From Octopus bimaculoides (Eukaryota): a stretch of DNA of 64,000 nt. How positions within the stretch are numbered: position 1 is the stretch's first letter; every line of letters begins with the position of its first letter. Made by a program: the position numbers and the translations under genes. The stretch lies in contig NC_068989.1 in NCBI RefSeq assembly GCF_001194135.2, forward strand, positions 88,325,639-88,389,638. Reading direction: 5' to 3'. Of the stretch, positions 23,896 through 37,082 are shown piece by piece. The notes under the pieces are model-generated. The model did no database searches. It was given only the letters and a program-made list of their open reading frames with translations, and was not told where the DNA came from.

Positions 23896-26800
23896 TTTGC
23901 TTGTGTGGAGTCCCAAAGCAGACCTCACTGGTGCTGCTGCCACATAAAATGCACCCAGTCCACTCTGTAAAGTGGTTGGCATTAGGGATGGCATCCAGTT
24001 ATAAAATCGAAGCTAAATCAGACCTCACCAGTACTGGTGCCATATAAAAAGCACCCAGTCTAATAGTGTAAAGTGGTTGGCATTAAGAGGGACATCCAGT
24101 GGAGCTTGGTAAAGTACTTTGGCCCCTGTCAAACCATCCAACCCATATCAGCACAGAAGATGGAAGTGAAATGGTGATGTTTATATATATATATATATAT
24201 CAGTGCCTTCTGACTGGCTCCCATGCTGGTGGCACGTAAAAAGCACCATTCGAGCGTGGTCATTGCCAGTGCTGCCTGACTGGCTCCCGTGCCAATGGCA
24301 CATAAAAAGCACTATTCAAGCATGGTCGATGCCAGTACCACCTGACTGTCCCTCGCATCAGTGGCACGGAAAAAGCACCCACTACACTTTCGGAGTGGTT
24401 GGCGGTACTCATTCTATCGGCCACTTATGCCAAACTGCTACACTATAGGGATGTAAACAAACCAACACCATTTGTCAAGCACAAGTGGGAGACAAACAAA
24501 AACACACACACACACAATGAGCTTCTTTTTAGTTTCTGTCAACCACATCCACTCATAAAGCTTTGGTTGGCCCAGAGCTGTAACAGAAGACATATGCCCA
24601 AGGTACCATGCAGTGGGACTGAACCTAGAACCATGTGATTGAGAAGCAAACTTCTTACCACACAACCATGCCTGTTTTGAGGTAGATTTAGTTATTGTTT
24701 CTAGGAAACGGAGAGACCATATACAGACTCCATCACTGTTTTGTGCTTTGATTTAGTGTAGCAACAAAGAAACCATCTCATGTTTCTCACTTCCAGAGGT
24801 TCAATGCCTCGTTTAAGCCAGCAGAATTGAAGATATCAACTCTTTGACTCTTCAGCCAAAAGGCAAATATCTTATCATTGATTTCTGCCATTTAGTCTTG
24901 AAAGAAATCTTCAGCCATTTATTCACAAAGATACCTGTCTGGAGTGAAACGATATCGTACAGCAGAGCCACTTCTGACATTAAATACAAGCTCAAGTTGA
25001 ACCATGTAATGCACTGTTGCTTATGGTCTTTAACTGAATAGGGGATGGAAACTGAGGCATAATTTTCAAACAAAACCAAAATGCAATGATGACAACAACA
25101 ACAGTAACATTGCTGTCTTTGAGCAATCCCCTCCTTGTTTATTATTTTCCTTGGTTTTTTTTCCCCCTTATATCAGCATTATAGTAATAATGCAACAAAA
25201 TATTCTTTTATGTGTAATAGCAGTGATATAACATAATCAATAAATATTGAGGTCACTTGGAGTGAAATCCAACGCAAATGGACATCAAATCATTTCTCTC
25301 CAGCCCTCACAGCTTTTCAGTAACCCACCATCACCACCACCAATAACGTCTCTCTCTTTCACTCTCTCTCGTTCTCTCACAGACACACACATACACACAC
25401 ACAGCTCAACTAGAATCACAAGTAAACTAGTTCAAATAATTAAGCCAGTCGTCAGCATGACAAAGACAACGAAACACTAATATATTGGTTTCTATTGCAC
25501 CTAGCTACAACACATTCAGAACAACATGGCTAAGCAAATACCATCACCACTGCCGCCACCACCACCAACATCACCACCACTGGCAACACTGCCTTTTCAG
25601 ACACATTCTAGAAAGAAAATTTTGCCTTTCTTTTTTTCTTTCTTTTTTTATTGTGACTTCTTTTTATTCTTTCTTTTTTATTTTCATTTATTCCTGATAA
25701 GAACTAGTGAATGAGAAGAAGAAAAAAAAAAGCAATGAAAAAGAAAGAGAAGAGAAAGAAGACACAAAGCCAGCAAATAGAATTTAAATTGCCAACCTGA
25801 GGTATGAAAATTAAGCTGCATCATGTATGTATGTATATATGTATGAAGAAGATATTGATACAATATCTACATTCCAAATATAGAAGAAACAACATGTGAT
25901 GATAGAGAAAATGGAATAATAAGAAAGTAAAAATAAACCAAACAAAAAAAAATGAAAGACAAGGGTGAAAAAAAGGAGGTAGGAGTTAATGAAGAGAAAT
26001 GGAAAGAACTTGAAATTAGCCTGGAAGAAGTATGATGGCTGAAGGGATAAAAAAATAAATAGATAAATAAATAAATAAACAAGAAAACAGAAAAAAATTG
26101 CAATGGATGGAAAATCACCATAGCTCCCACCTCACTCTTTCTTTGTCATAAGCAATTTCTCACAGCTTTTCTCCTATTCTTCCATCACCAAATATTACTA
26201 TTATTGATGTTGTTATTGCTGCTGCCACAACATCAGAGCTATCACCTTATTTGGCCAAAATGAAACACTTTTATTACTGAGAGTTAAATTATACCTACAA
26301 TTTAGATTGAACAGAATAGTCAGCCATTTTTCTATCCTTTACAATCTGACCACTGAAAAAAATACAATTATCTGAATAATATTTTCTCCACTAGAGCAAC
26401 ACAATAAAATTTAATATAATATGCTACATCCACATATGTATATATGTCTATCTTGTACATATGTATTTCAGAGAAATGTGAAGAGAGAAAGAGAGAGAAA
26501 GACACAGAGGAGAAGAAAATCCCATGTAAAGAAATGACAACAGCAAAATTTATTAGGTATTTATAAAATCAAAATGGCTGACCAAGATTACAAAACAATT
26601 TTGTAGAGACGAAAAGAGATATTTTTTTGTTTTGTTTCACAATTATTCTTCCATCTGCGAAATATACATACATATACACATATGTATGTATATTATATAC
26701 ACGCACATAATCTGGTTCAGGGGAAATGTTACAGATATATATCTATTCTATATATGCACTGAGTAATTAGATCAGTAAAAGAATAAATAAAGCTGTAAGC

Positions 26801-28012
26801 AACATTGACCATCAACACCGAAATCACACACAGATAAGACACAACGAATGACGATGACAACAAAAAAAAAACAAAAAAGAGGGGGGAAATGAAGATATTA
26901 TGAAATAACTTCTAAACTAAAAGATAACACAGCAATGGCTGCTGAATCAGGTGAATTGTTTTAATGGAAAACCAACTCAGAATCGATGGTATCCAATATG
27001 AACAGAATCGACATTTAGTTTGCCATAAACAGCAGACACAAGCCAGTTTCTTTGATCGTACACACTAAATTAACTTTAGCATTTCATTATGGAAATTTCC
27101 AAAAATTTCCTCACCATTTTCTCACAGATTTACAATTAATTGACAACAAATCTAAAAGATGGTGGTTTTTTCATGATGTTGTCTTTCCTCTTTTACATTA
27201 TTTATTACTTTTTCTTCATTTCTTTTATTTTTAAACATTTATATTGTTGTTGTTTTTTTTTAACCTTTTCTCCATCACACAACAATGGCTACCAAGAAGG
27301 AACAAATAAATAAAACATTCCACCACCACCATCACTTACTCACTCTCTTTTTCCACTGTCTTCCCCCCATCTCCTTCTCTCTATCCCTCTCTCTCTCTCT
27401 TACTCTACTCCCAATAAATTACAAAAATATACAAACAAGAAATTGTTGATATTAATTCAAACCAAATATATTTGATATAGAGATGCTGAATGAGCGGCAT
27501 TCATTAAAGCAAAGCAAATCTTAACTGATATTATTTCAAACAGAAGTAGACTTCACAATCATCCATACCAAAAAGAGAGATGATGATGATGATGGTGATG
27601 ATGGTGATGATGATGACAACTACAAGGTTAATGATAATGGTGATGATGATGACAATGATGACGACATTTCTTAGTTGTGTTTTTATCATTTGTTTGTTGC
27701 TTTTTCTTTATCATGCATTGGAAGGTTTCTATGTATTCAGAAAATTTTCATACATTTAAACTGAACGATGCAGAAGTGGTTATTGTTGCAGATGAATCTC
27801 TCCTCTGCCTTCAACTTAAACTCATCAACCAATCAACCATGAAGCCACGGAGGGTAACAAGCAAAAATGATGGTTGGGGGTGGGGTGGAGAGGAACAAGA
27901 GAAAGAGAAGGTAGAACAATTAGCTCTATGTCAGATAGGTATTTTGTTTTTTGGGGGAGAAAGGAAAGGGCATGGGTAACTTAAACGGTACAAGACACTT
28001 TGAAATAAATAC

Positions 28013-28088
28013 CATGTATGTGGCTGGTTCTGAACTGCTGCAGCCATAGGATTAGCAAAGTACAACCATGAACCAAACCAGACAACAT
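28013..28088 (-). CDS. TLK: Candidate alternative first coding exon of TLK (MLSGLVHGCTLLILWLQQFRTSHIH, phase 1 out)
   Basis: ATG at 28088, 25 codons plus G, then donor gtattt, in frame with the 14752 exon. Lies in a SINE-free stretch. No polypyrimidine acceptor upstream. Donor is only moderate. Confidence 0.3.
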
Positions 28089-28222
28089 TTAACCTGGCAG
28101 CTAACCTCATCACATTTCGTGGACGGTTTGAGGATTGTTCAATTGGATGTTGTTGTTGTTGTTGTTGTGGTTGCTGTTTAGCACCACTGGAACAACAGTA
28201 AATATGAAGCCCACTGAATATA

Positions 28223-28283
<61 letters not shown>

Positions 28284-28284
28284 A

Positions 28285-28530
28285 TGCCTTATCTAGAAAT
28301 CATATGTCGCTGTAAATGAACACCATTTGCAGTCTTCCATGTAAAACGTATGTAACAAGGTAATACTTTTCCAGATCTATGGGAAAGTATTACCTTACCT
28401 GGAAAAAAAACTAAGGGTTGGCAACAGGAAGGGCATACAGCTGTTGAAAGTCTATCTCGACAAAATTCCATCTGACCCATGCAAGCATGAAAAAGTGGAT
28501 ATGACAATGATGACGATGATGATGATGATG
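28285..28530 (+). mobile_element. SINE-F (shares the ggaagggcat domain and (GAT)n tail with SINE-E)
   Basis: aatattacctt...ggaaacaggtgagggttggcaacaggaagggcat...gcaagcatggaaaagtgga...gatgat. Copies at about 22795-23025, 43480-43735 and 54770-54885 (minus). Confidence 0.7.
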
Positions 28531-30117
28531 GATGGATTCTAATGATAAAGAACACACTGAAACGGTCACTCTCGAGCTGATCAATCGCTAACATGAATTG
28601 ATAGGCAATCGGGTTTCAGATTGGTATCATCATGGAATCAGAGGCAGTCTTGAGCAGGTTACTTGCTACCAGGAGAATCAGAAAGAATTATTAAAGAAAC
28701 AACAACAAAATGACTGACTTCAACAATCTTTTTTTTTCTTTTTTTTTTTTCGTTTCCATGGTATTCTAACAATGAGGGTGTGTTTTGATCAGAAAAAAGT
28801 AGCAGCTGGAAGTCTAGTAACAGCTATAGTCAGTGCAGTAGGAGAGAAGTTGGAAGAGGTCAAGAGAGGCCAAGATTTTCAGTGACGACACTGTACACTG
28901 CGGCTTACTTTTGCAGAACTGCTAAATATGTAGCCACTGACATTTCAATGTCAGTTTGAAGATATTATTTCAGACCTGGGATGAGTTAAAAGTGGGAGGA
29001 GTGTACTGAATAAATAGTTTAATATTTTAAAACAGGAACATGAAGATACAAACAACACTCACACATACGAACATAAACATACAATACATAAAGAAATTGG
29101 GTTACATGAAATAAAAGTAATCTTATATGCTAATCAAAATAACAACAAAAATGATAACAATGATAACTACAACAACAATAATGGTTTCAAATTTTGCCAC
29201 AAGGCCAGCAATTTCAGGGGAGGGGGACAAGTTGATTATACTGGCCCCCAGTGTTCGACTGGTATTTATTTTATCAAGCCCAAAAAGATAAATGGCAAAG
29301 TTGACCTTGGTAGAATTTGAACTCGGAACATGAAGATAGACGAAATACTGTTAAACATTCTGCCTGGCGTGCTAATGATTCTGCCACCTCACCAAAGTAA
29401 AAATAACAATAATAATAATTCTTTAAAATTTTGGCACAAGGCCAGCAATTTCGAGAGGAGAAGGAAGTCAACTACGTCAACCCCAGTGCTCAACTGGTAT
29501 TTATTTTATCNNNNNNNNNNNNNNNNNNNNNNNNNNNNNNNNNNNNNNNNNNNNNNNNNNNNNNNNNNNNNNNNNNNNNNNNNNNNNNNNNNNNNNNNNN
29601 NNNNNNNNNNNNNNNNNNNNNNNNNNNNNNNNNNNNNNNNNNNNNNNNNNNNNNNNNNNNNNNNNNNNNNNNNNNNNNNNNNNNNNNNNNNNNNNNNNNN
29701 NNNNNNNNNNNNNNNNNNNNNNNNNNNNNNNNNNNNNNNNNNNNNNNNNNNNNNNNNNNNNNNNNNNNNNNNNNNNNNNNNNNNNNNNNNNNNNNNNNNN
29801 NNNNNNNNNNNNNNNNNNNNNNNNNNNNNNNNNNNNNNNNNNNNNNNNNNNNNNNNNNNNNNNNNNNNNNNNNNNNNNNNNNNNNNNNNNNNNNNNNNNN
29901 NNNNNNNNNNNNNNNNNNNNNNNNNNNNNNNNNNNNNNNNNNNNNNNNNNNNNNNNNNNNNNNNNNACAAATTTGGATTAACTCTGATTACCACAAGAAC
30001 AAGCCCTTGCCCACTGACAACTGAGGGCATGTAGAATATAGTGCCCTACTCAGGAAAATAATGAAACACCTGCACAAAAACTGGTAGTCTTTTTCGGTCC
30101 TCTGTATCTTTATACTG

Positions 30118-30160
<43 letters not shown>

Positions 30161-30336
30161 TGTTTGTTGTGGATATGTGTATGCATGTTATAGATTTATA
30201 TTTGTGTTGTGATTGTGTGCCACGAACGAGAAACTGTCGGGTGTGGATGTGAATGTTCATTGTGGATATGTGTGTATATGTGTGCATGTTGTGGATGAGT
30301 GTATGTAATGATATGTGTATGCATATATGTGTACAC

Positions 30337-30367
<31 letters not shown>

Positions 30368-30807
30368 TGTAGATTTGTGCATAAGCTGTGAATGTGTGTA
30401 TGTGTGCAGTGAACATGTGTATGTTGTTGATGCGTGTGTGTGAGTATGTGTGTGTGCACACAGGTGAGTGTGTGCACTGGTTTACTGAGCCATCTTTACA
30501 AACCCATCCCATTACATCTAGATAAATCTATCACATGATTTACTGCTAAATTAATTTCCAGATGCAAAGAGATAAGTCAGACACGTGAGAAATCCACTGC
30601 AATCTTTAACTTACATGCAGTAAGAATCAAACAGCAAAGAAGACAATTGTTCAGACAAAACAACAGTGTGTGAAAGTATTCAACAATAATACTGACATAA
30701 TTCATCACTAGGCACCTTTTTTTTGTTATGAGGAAAGACAATGCCCTTGATATTTTGTGGTTTCCAAGACTAGTGAAGGAAGAAGCAGAGAAAGACTAAG
30801 CATAAAT

Positions 30808-31062
30808 ACTTGCAACAGAGTGGACTCCACTCAAAGTGCCAAGTGATGGCGTATTTGTATTAGAGTGAACTCCAATCAAGGTGCCAAGTGATGGTGTATT
30901 TGCAACAGTAGACTCCACTCAAGGTGCCAAGTGATGGTGTATTTGCAACAGTAGACTCCACTCAAGGTTCCAAGTGATGGTGTATTTGCAAGAGAGTGGA
31001 CTTCACTCAAAGTGCCAAGTAATGGCATATTTGTAACAGAGTGGACTCCACTCAAGGTGTCA
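30808..31062. repeat. 43/45-bp minisatellite, about 5.5-6 units
   Basis: Unit (ga)gtggactccactcaaggtgccaagtgatggtgtatttgcaaca. Confidence 0.92.
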
Positions 31063-31279
31063 AATCAAATGACAGATTAAGACAACTGCTTGAACAGGCC
31101 ACAGCAAGATTTGCACCCAAAACACAGGTACACAGACATATATATATATTCCCCCTCTCGTTCTTCCTCTTTACTACTACGTATCTCGCTTTACCCCTCT
31201 CGTTCTTCCTCTGTTACTACTACGTACCTCTTTTTTCCCCCTCGTATTTCCTCTCTTTCTCTTTTCCCCTGTTGCTCAC

Positions 31280-31476
31280 CTATTCTTCTACTTCCTCCCT
31301 TTGTTTCTCCCTCTACCACTCTCTCTACCGGCATGGTCACATGCTTCCGGTCAATAATCCTTTCCTTCCTTGGCTTTCGCCAAGCAACGCACGCACCACT
31401 TTGTCTCTCTCGGGTTCGTGCCTCATCGCGTTCATACACACATAATTTTTCTCGTCTGGCCGTAAAGCCTTTTCTG
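31280..31476 (-). promoter_or_regulatory. CpG-enriched island with ETS motif and E-box; candidate alternative promoter and non-coding first exon
   Basis: CpGs are dense at 31145-31476 relative to the window. ACCGGAAG on the minus strand at 31344-31351, CACATG next to it, donor AATAG|gtgagc at 31280/31279. An N-gap lies immediately upstream. Confidence 0.35.
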
Positions 31477-32392
31477 NNNNNNNNNNNNNNNNNNNNNNNN
31501 NNNNNNNNNNNNNNNNNNNNNNNNNNNNNNNNNNNNNNNNNNNNNNNNNNNNNNNNNNNNNNNNNNNNNNNNNNNNNNNNNNNNNNNNNNNNNNNNNNNN
31601 NNNNNNNNNNNNNNNNNNNNNNNNNNNNNNNNNNNNNNNNNNNNNNNNNNNNNNNNNNNNNNNNNNNNNNNNNNNNNNNNNNNNNNNNNNNNNNNNNNNN
31701 NNNNNNNNNNNNNNNNNNNNNNNNNNNNNNNNNNNNNNNNNNNNNNNNNNNNNNNNNNNNNNNNNNNTCTACTTTTGTTTGCAATGTCCTGTACCCAGAT
31801 ATGCACCTATACATACAGGTGGATGTCGGTATGCACATACCTGTACGTATATATGCATATACTCATTTACTATTTGTTTTTATATATATATATATATATA
31901 CATGCGTATGGGTGTGTGTGTGTGTAATACTAAATTAGGAAACCCAGGTAAGAAAAGATAAGAAGAAGAAATAGAGACAGACAGACAGACAGACAGACAC
32001 TGCATATTCTGAAGGGTTATGGTGATAGCAAAAACCCTTATCACTATGTTTTAAAGCTTCGTTATCTTGAGTCAAACAGATCTTTGAAGAGTCAAAGACC
32101 ACATTTATTGCAGGACTGGGTCACTTAAGTTGGCAAGAGGATGTCTGACCTGAACAAGGGTCAAAACAACAATAACATGGGTGTCGAGGTGGGCCATTCT
32201 TGAAAGATTTTCTCAACAAGAGTGACTCCTATTTAATACAAACACTTGTTTGTTCACAATCACTGAATGCTGGGTCTATGGACTTTGCTAATCCTTTTTC
32301 AAATATCATCTGGGTTTAGGGAACTAATCATCTTAAAACAAAAAGAAGGACATGTTTCATTATAAGTCTGACTGGTTAAGGATGACCTAGAG

Positions 32393-33179
32393 CAGGGGTT
32401 CTCAACCATTTTTATCTGTGGACCCCTTTGATTACTATTTGATCATGGTGGACCCCCATAGCCAGTCTATGTTTCACCCTTTTGTTACCAACCCAGCTGA
32501 AACCGCCCCTGGCTCTGTAATATAAATGTCTTGTTTTCATAAGTTCTGAATTAAAATCTTCCACCAAACCTTAGTCACAATTTATGTTCCTAACACTAAT
32601 GATAACTAAGTTATTTTACTAAATTCTTTGTTATATTTAAAATCAATTGAAAGAAATACAGAACATCTCAACAGAAATATGGTAACAAAAGGGTTAACAA
32701 ATGATTAATTTAACCCTTTTGATACCAACCCGGCTGAAACCACCTCTGGCTCTGTAGTACAAAATGTCTTGTTTTCATAAGTTTTGAATTAAAATCTTCC
32801 ACCAAACCTTAATCACAATTTATGTTCCTAACACTAGCTTAATGATAACTAAGTTATTTTACTTAATTTTTTGTTATATTTAAAATTAATTGAAAGAAAT
32901 GCAGAGCATCTCAAAATAAATTCAGTAACGAAAGGGTTAAAAACTAGTTTTATAGAAACCTCTTTCAAAATTCCTGTTTTGTTTTTCACACATTAACTTG
33001 TGTAGGCTGAACAACGTAAAATGTTATAGAAAGAAAGCCAGCTGTTTCATGCAATACACACATCTAAAACAAGATTTTTTTTTCAGGGGCCCTTAGAATA
33101 GTATTGTGGATCCCCAATTTAGTATTTTGTTACGTGGACCCTCCCAAAATCTCATATGGACCCCAGTTGAGAACCACTG
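32393..33179 (+). mobile_element. hAT-type MITE hosting a piggyBac-type MITE dimer
   Basis: TIRs caggggttctcaac / gttgagaaccactg; 8-bp flanks acctagag and atgtagag (6/8 match). Confidence 0.8.
32473..32940 (+). mobile_element. piggyBac-type MITE dimer
   Basis: Two TTAA-CCCTTT-bounded units with spacer caaatgattaat. Confidence 0.85.
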
Positions 33180-35050
33180 ATGTAGAGTTAAGCAACAAAG
33201 TAAATGGATACTGAGGGATATTTAACATCAGTGATTCTCAACTGGGGGTCCGAATAATATTTTGTTAAAATTTTGTTGTACAATAAATTAATTTATACTT
33301 CTACAATACAGAAAATATTTTACAAACTACAAACTAAAATTAAAGCCAATAAGGGTGCCTTATGTGGTTACTTAACCTGCTAGAAACAGCAGCAAGATCT
33401 CTTTCAAATTACAACCTATCACCTCAAAGAGTAACAGTCAGACAGACACACAGGACAGTCAAGTCTCTGAGATCCAAAAAGCAGAAGGATGATAGTTGAA
33501 ACAGCTTTGATCCTAAGTTTGCTGACTCAGGGTTGAACTAAATTGCTCAAAGGTAAAACAGCAACAAAGTAAAATTCATGATCACACCTTTATTGCTCAC
33601 CATCTGCCTGTCACTCTATCTCTCCCTCTATCTATCTATCTATTTATCTATCTGTCACTCTCTCTCTCCCCCTCTATCTATCTCCACTCTCTTTTTCAAT
33701 CTACCGACTGCTGTTCTATTAAAACCATTCGGGACCATCAGTTATCAAGATTTAACAAGTTTTAACCCAGTAACACTCTTTTAACAAACATTCCAACAGA
33801 TAGTCAACACAGACGCACAAAGTGGTTGTTGCTGCTGCTGCTGCTGCTTTTAACAGTGGACAGAGGAGAGACTCTTAATACCAAGCTTCTTAAACAGTTT
33901 TCTAACTCTCTCCCCTTTTCTTTCACCAACTCTTTCTCAACATCCTCTTACTGCAATTCACTGCCACACCCTCATCATTTTTAATGTACATATAATATCA
34001 CCAACTACTGGGTGATGGAGGTGACTACTTCAGTGCCGGCCCTACTACATTTTTTATCTTTTATTTGTTTCAGTCATTAGACTGCGGCCATACTGGAGCA
34101 AAGTCTTGAAATTTTTTTTAGCTGAATGGGTCAACCCCAGTGCCTATTTCTTTAAAACTTGCTATTTACAGTATCAGTCTCTTGTGCCAAACCGTTAAGT
34201 TACAGAGACATAAACACACCAACACCAGTTGTCATGTGGTGGTGGGACACACACACACACACAGATGTGCACACACACATGCATGCACGTGCACATATGC
34301 ACACACATGCACAGAAACACACACAGTGGGGGATCTTTCAGTTTCCATCTACCAAATCCATTCACAAGAATTTAGTCAGCCTGAGATTATAGTAGAAGAC
34401 ACTTGCCCAAGGTGTCACACAGCGGGACTGAACCTACAATCATGTGGCTGGGAAGCAAGCTTCTTACCACACAGCCATGCCTGTGACTATATAAGTGAAT
34501 ACTATAAACACAGACAGTATACATATCCGGTTTTGTTTTAAATACTAATTCACATTTTGAAGTCTGTTGACATCATTATAGATATTGTTATTATAACTGC
34601 TGTGATTGTGGTTATCTTTTATCTCTTACTCGTTTCAATCATTGGACTGCAGGCATTTCAGGCATACTAGGGCAATGACTTGAAGAGTTTTTAGTAGAAT
34701 GAATCAACCCCGTTACTTATTTTTTTAAAGCCTGGTCTCATTTGCTAAACTGCTAAGTTACAGGGACACAAACACACCAACACCAAATGTCAGATGGTAG
34801 CAGGGGACAAACATAGACACAAAACACACAACATACATACGTACATACATACATACATATATTATATACGACAGGATTCTTTCAGTTTCTGTCTACCAAA
34901 TCCACTCACAAGCTTTGGTTGGCCCGAGACTATAGTAGGAGGTACTTGCCCATGCTGTCACACAGTGGGAATGAACTCAGAAACATTTGGTTGAACAGTA
35001 AGCTTCTTACCATACCTCAGTCTATATATATGTGTGCGTGTATGATGATA

Positions 35051-35107
<57 letters not shown>

Positions 35108-35793
35108 TCATCATCATCCAGTGTTTGAAATCCAGATCTACCTCAATGCCATCACATCATCTTGCCTAGTTTTGGGCATCCTCCTTTTTCAAANNNNNNN
35201 NNNNNNNNNNNNNNNNNNNNNNNNNNNNNNNNNNNNNNNNNNNNNNNNNNNNNNNNNNNNNNNNNNNNNNNNNNNNNNNNNNNNNNNNNNNNNNNNNNNN
35301 NNNNNNNNNNNNNNNNNNNNNNNNNNNNNNNNNNNNNNNNNNNNNNNNNNNNNNNNNNNNNNNNNNNNNNNNNNNNNNNNNNNNNNNNNNNNNNNNNNNN
35401 NNNNNNNNNNNNNNNNNNNNNNNNNNNNNNNNNNNNNNNNNNNNNNNNNNNNNNNNNNNNNNNNNNNNNNNNNNNNNNNNNNNNNNNNNNNNNNNNNNNN
35501 NNNNNNNNNNNNNNNNNNNNNNNNNNNNNNNNNNNNNNNNNNNNNNNNNNNNNNNNNNNNNNNNNNNNNNNNNNNNNNNNNNNNNNNNNNNNNNNNNNNN
35601 NNNNNNNNNNNNNNNNNNNNNNNNNNNNNNNNNNNNNNNNNNNNNNNNNNNNNNNNNNNNNNNNNNNNNNNNNNNNNNNNNNNNNNNNNNNNNNNNNNNN
35701 NNNNNNNNNNNNNNNNNNNNNNNNNNNNNNNNNNNNNNNNNNNNNNNNNNNNNNNNNNNNNNNNNNNNNNNNNNNNNNNNNNNNNNNNNNNNN

Positions 35794-35826
<33 letters not shown>

Positions 35827-35985
35827 CGAGCTTTTTTCAATTCCCATCAACAAAATCCACTCACAAGGCTTTGGTCAGCCTGAGGCTATAGTAGAAGACA
35901 CTTGCCCAAGAAGCCATGCAGTGGGAATGAACCCAGAACCATGTGGTTGGTAAGGAAGCTTCTTACCATACAGCCACTCCTGTGC

Positions 35986-36035
<50 letters not shown>

Positions 36036-36814
36036 TGTATTCCAGCATGGCTGCTGTCCAGTGACTGCAGCAAGCCAGACGAAAGATAAAAGATGTTTTA
36101 AAGGAAGCTAACTGAAGCAAGGTTAAACTTTCGAGATAAACCAGGTGGTTGTGAGGTGGTGGAGGGGGGAGGAGAAATGTTGAGGTTGTAAGTTGTCCAA
36201 GGAAAAACATTCAACATGAAATTTACTTGAAATTTGTTTATTTTGATAAGCAGCAAAAGGTTTCTTTGTTTGTTTGCCTGTCTGCTCGTTAAGCTTGGAG
36301 TTTAAGTTTCACTTCTCTGACCACCATTACTTTACTATATATTTCTTTTTTTCTCTTTTTATTTGCTTCAATAAATTTTGTTGTTATTTTTTTTTCTCCT
36401 CTATTTAATTCTCTTCAATCCCATATCATGCCACCCCCACCCCCCACCCCCAACACAGTTTCTGCCAACCAATACATACCCCTTATGCTATTCCGAATAT
36501 TTGAAACATTTCTGGAAGCCAACTAGATTGCTTCAACATACACGCTCCTTCTAGTCTCCTACTCCTCTCCTCTCACCACTACCTCTGCCCCTTTCTTTGA
36601 ACAGATCCAGGGAAAGAGAAAGGGGAAGAGTGCCACCATCCAACAGGCTGACCAATGACTTTCTCTGCTCTCAATGATGTTTCAGTAAACAAGTAAGTCA
36701 TACTTGTAACCCCAGCCACATTATTTCAGGTTCCCAAATGAGTGTAGTTGATGGCTGACAACACATGAAATCTTTAGGCATGAGAAAAATAATCTGGTTT
36801 ACTAGCACACAATT

Positions 36815-37082
36815 CATCATCATCATCATCATCATCATTAACGTCCGCTTTCCATGCTAGCATGGGTTGGACAATTTGACTGGGGACTGGCGAACCAGAT
36901 GGCTACACCAGACTCCAATCTGATCTGGTAGAGTTTCTACAGCTGGATGCCCTTCCTAACGCCAACCACTCCGAGAGTGTAGTGGGTTCTTTTTACGTGC
37001 CACCAGCACGAGGGCCAGTCTGGCGGTACTGGCAAAAACCACATTCAAATGGTGTCTTTTATGTGCCACCTGCACAGGAGTC
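36815..37082 (-). mobile_element. SINE-E, young copy
   Basis: Near-identical to 13830-14100. Confidence 0.82.

Noticed and set aside
26661-26694. 14-bp perfect stem aatatacatacata / tatgtatgtatatt
   Set aside because: Expected by chance from adjacent CATA and TATG microsatellites.
30808-31062. CRISPR-like array of palindromic repeats
   Set aside because: Units are contiguous with no unique spacers, there are no cas genes, and the context is eukaryotic; it is a minisatellite.
36605-36692. Plus-strand exon-like segment (tttgaacag|...CAA|gtaagt)
   Set aside because: Stops in all three frames and no partner exons; could be an antisense non-coding exon but is unsupported.
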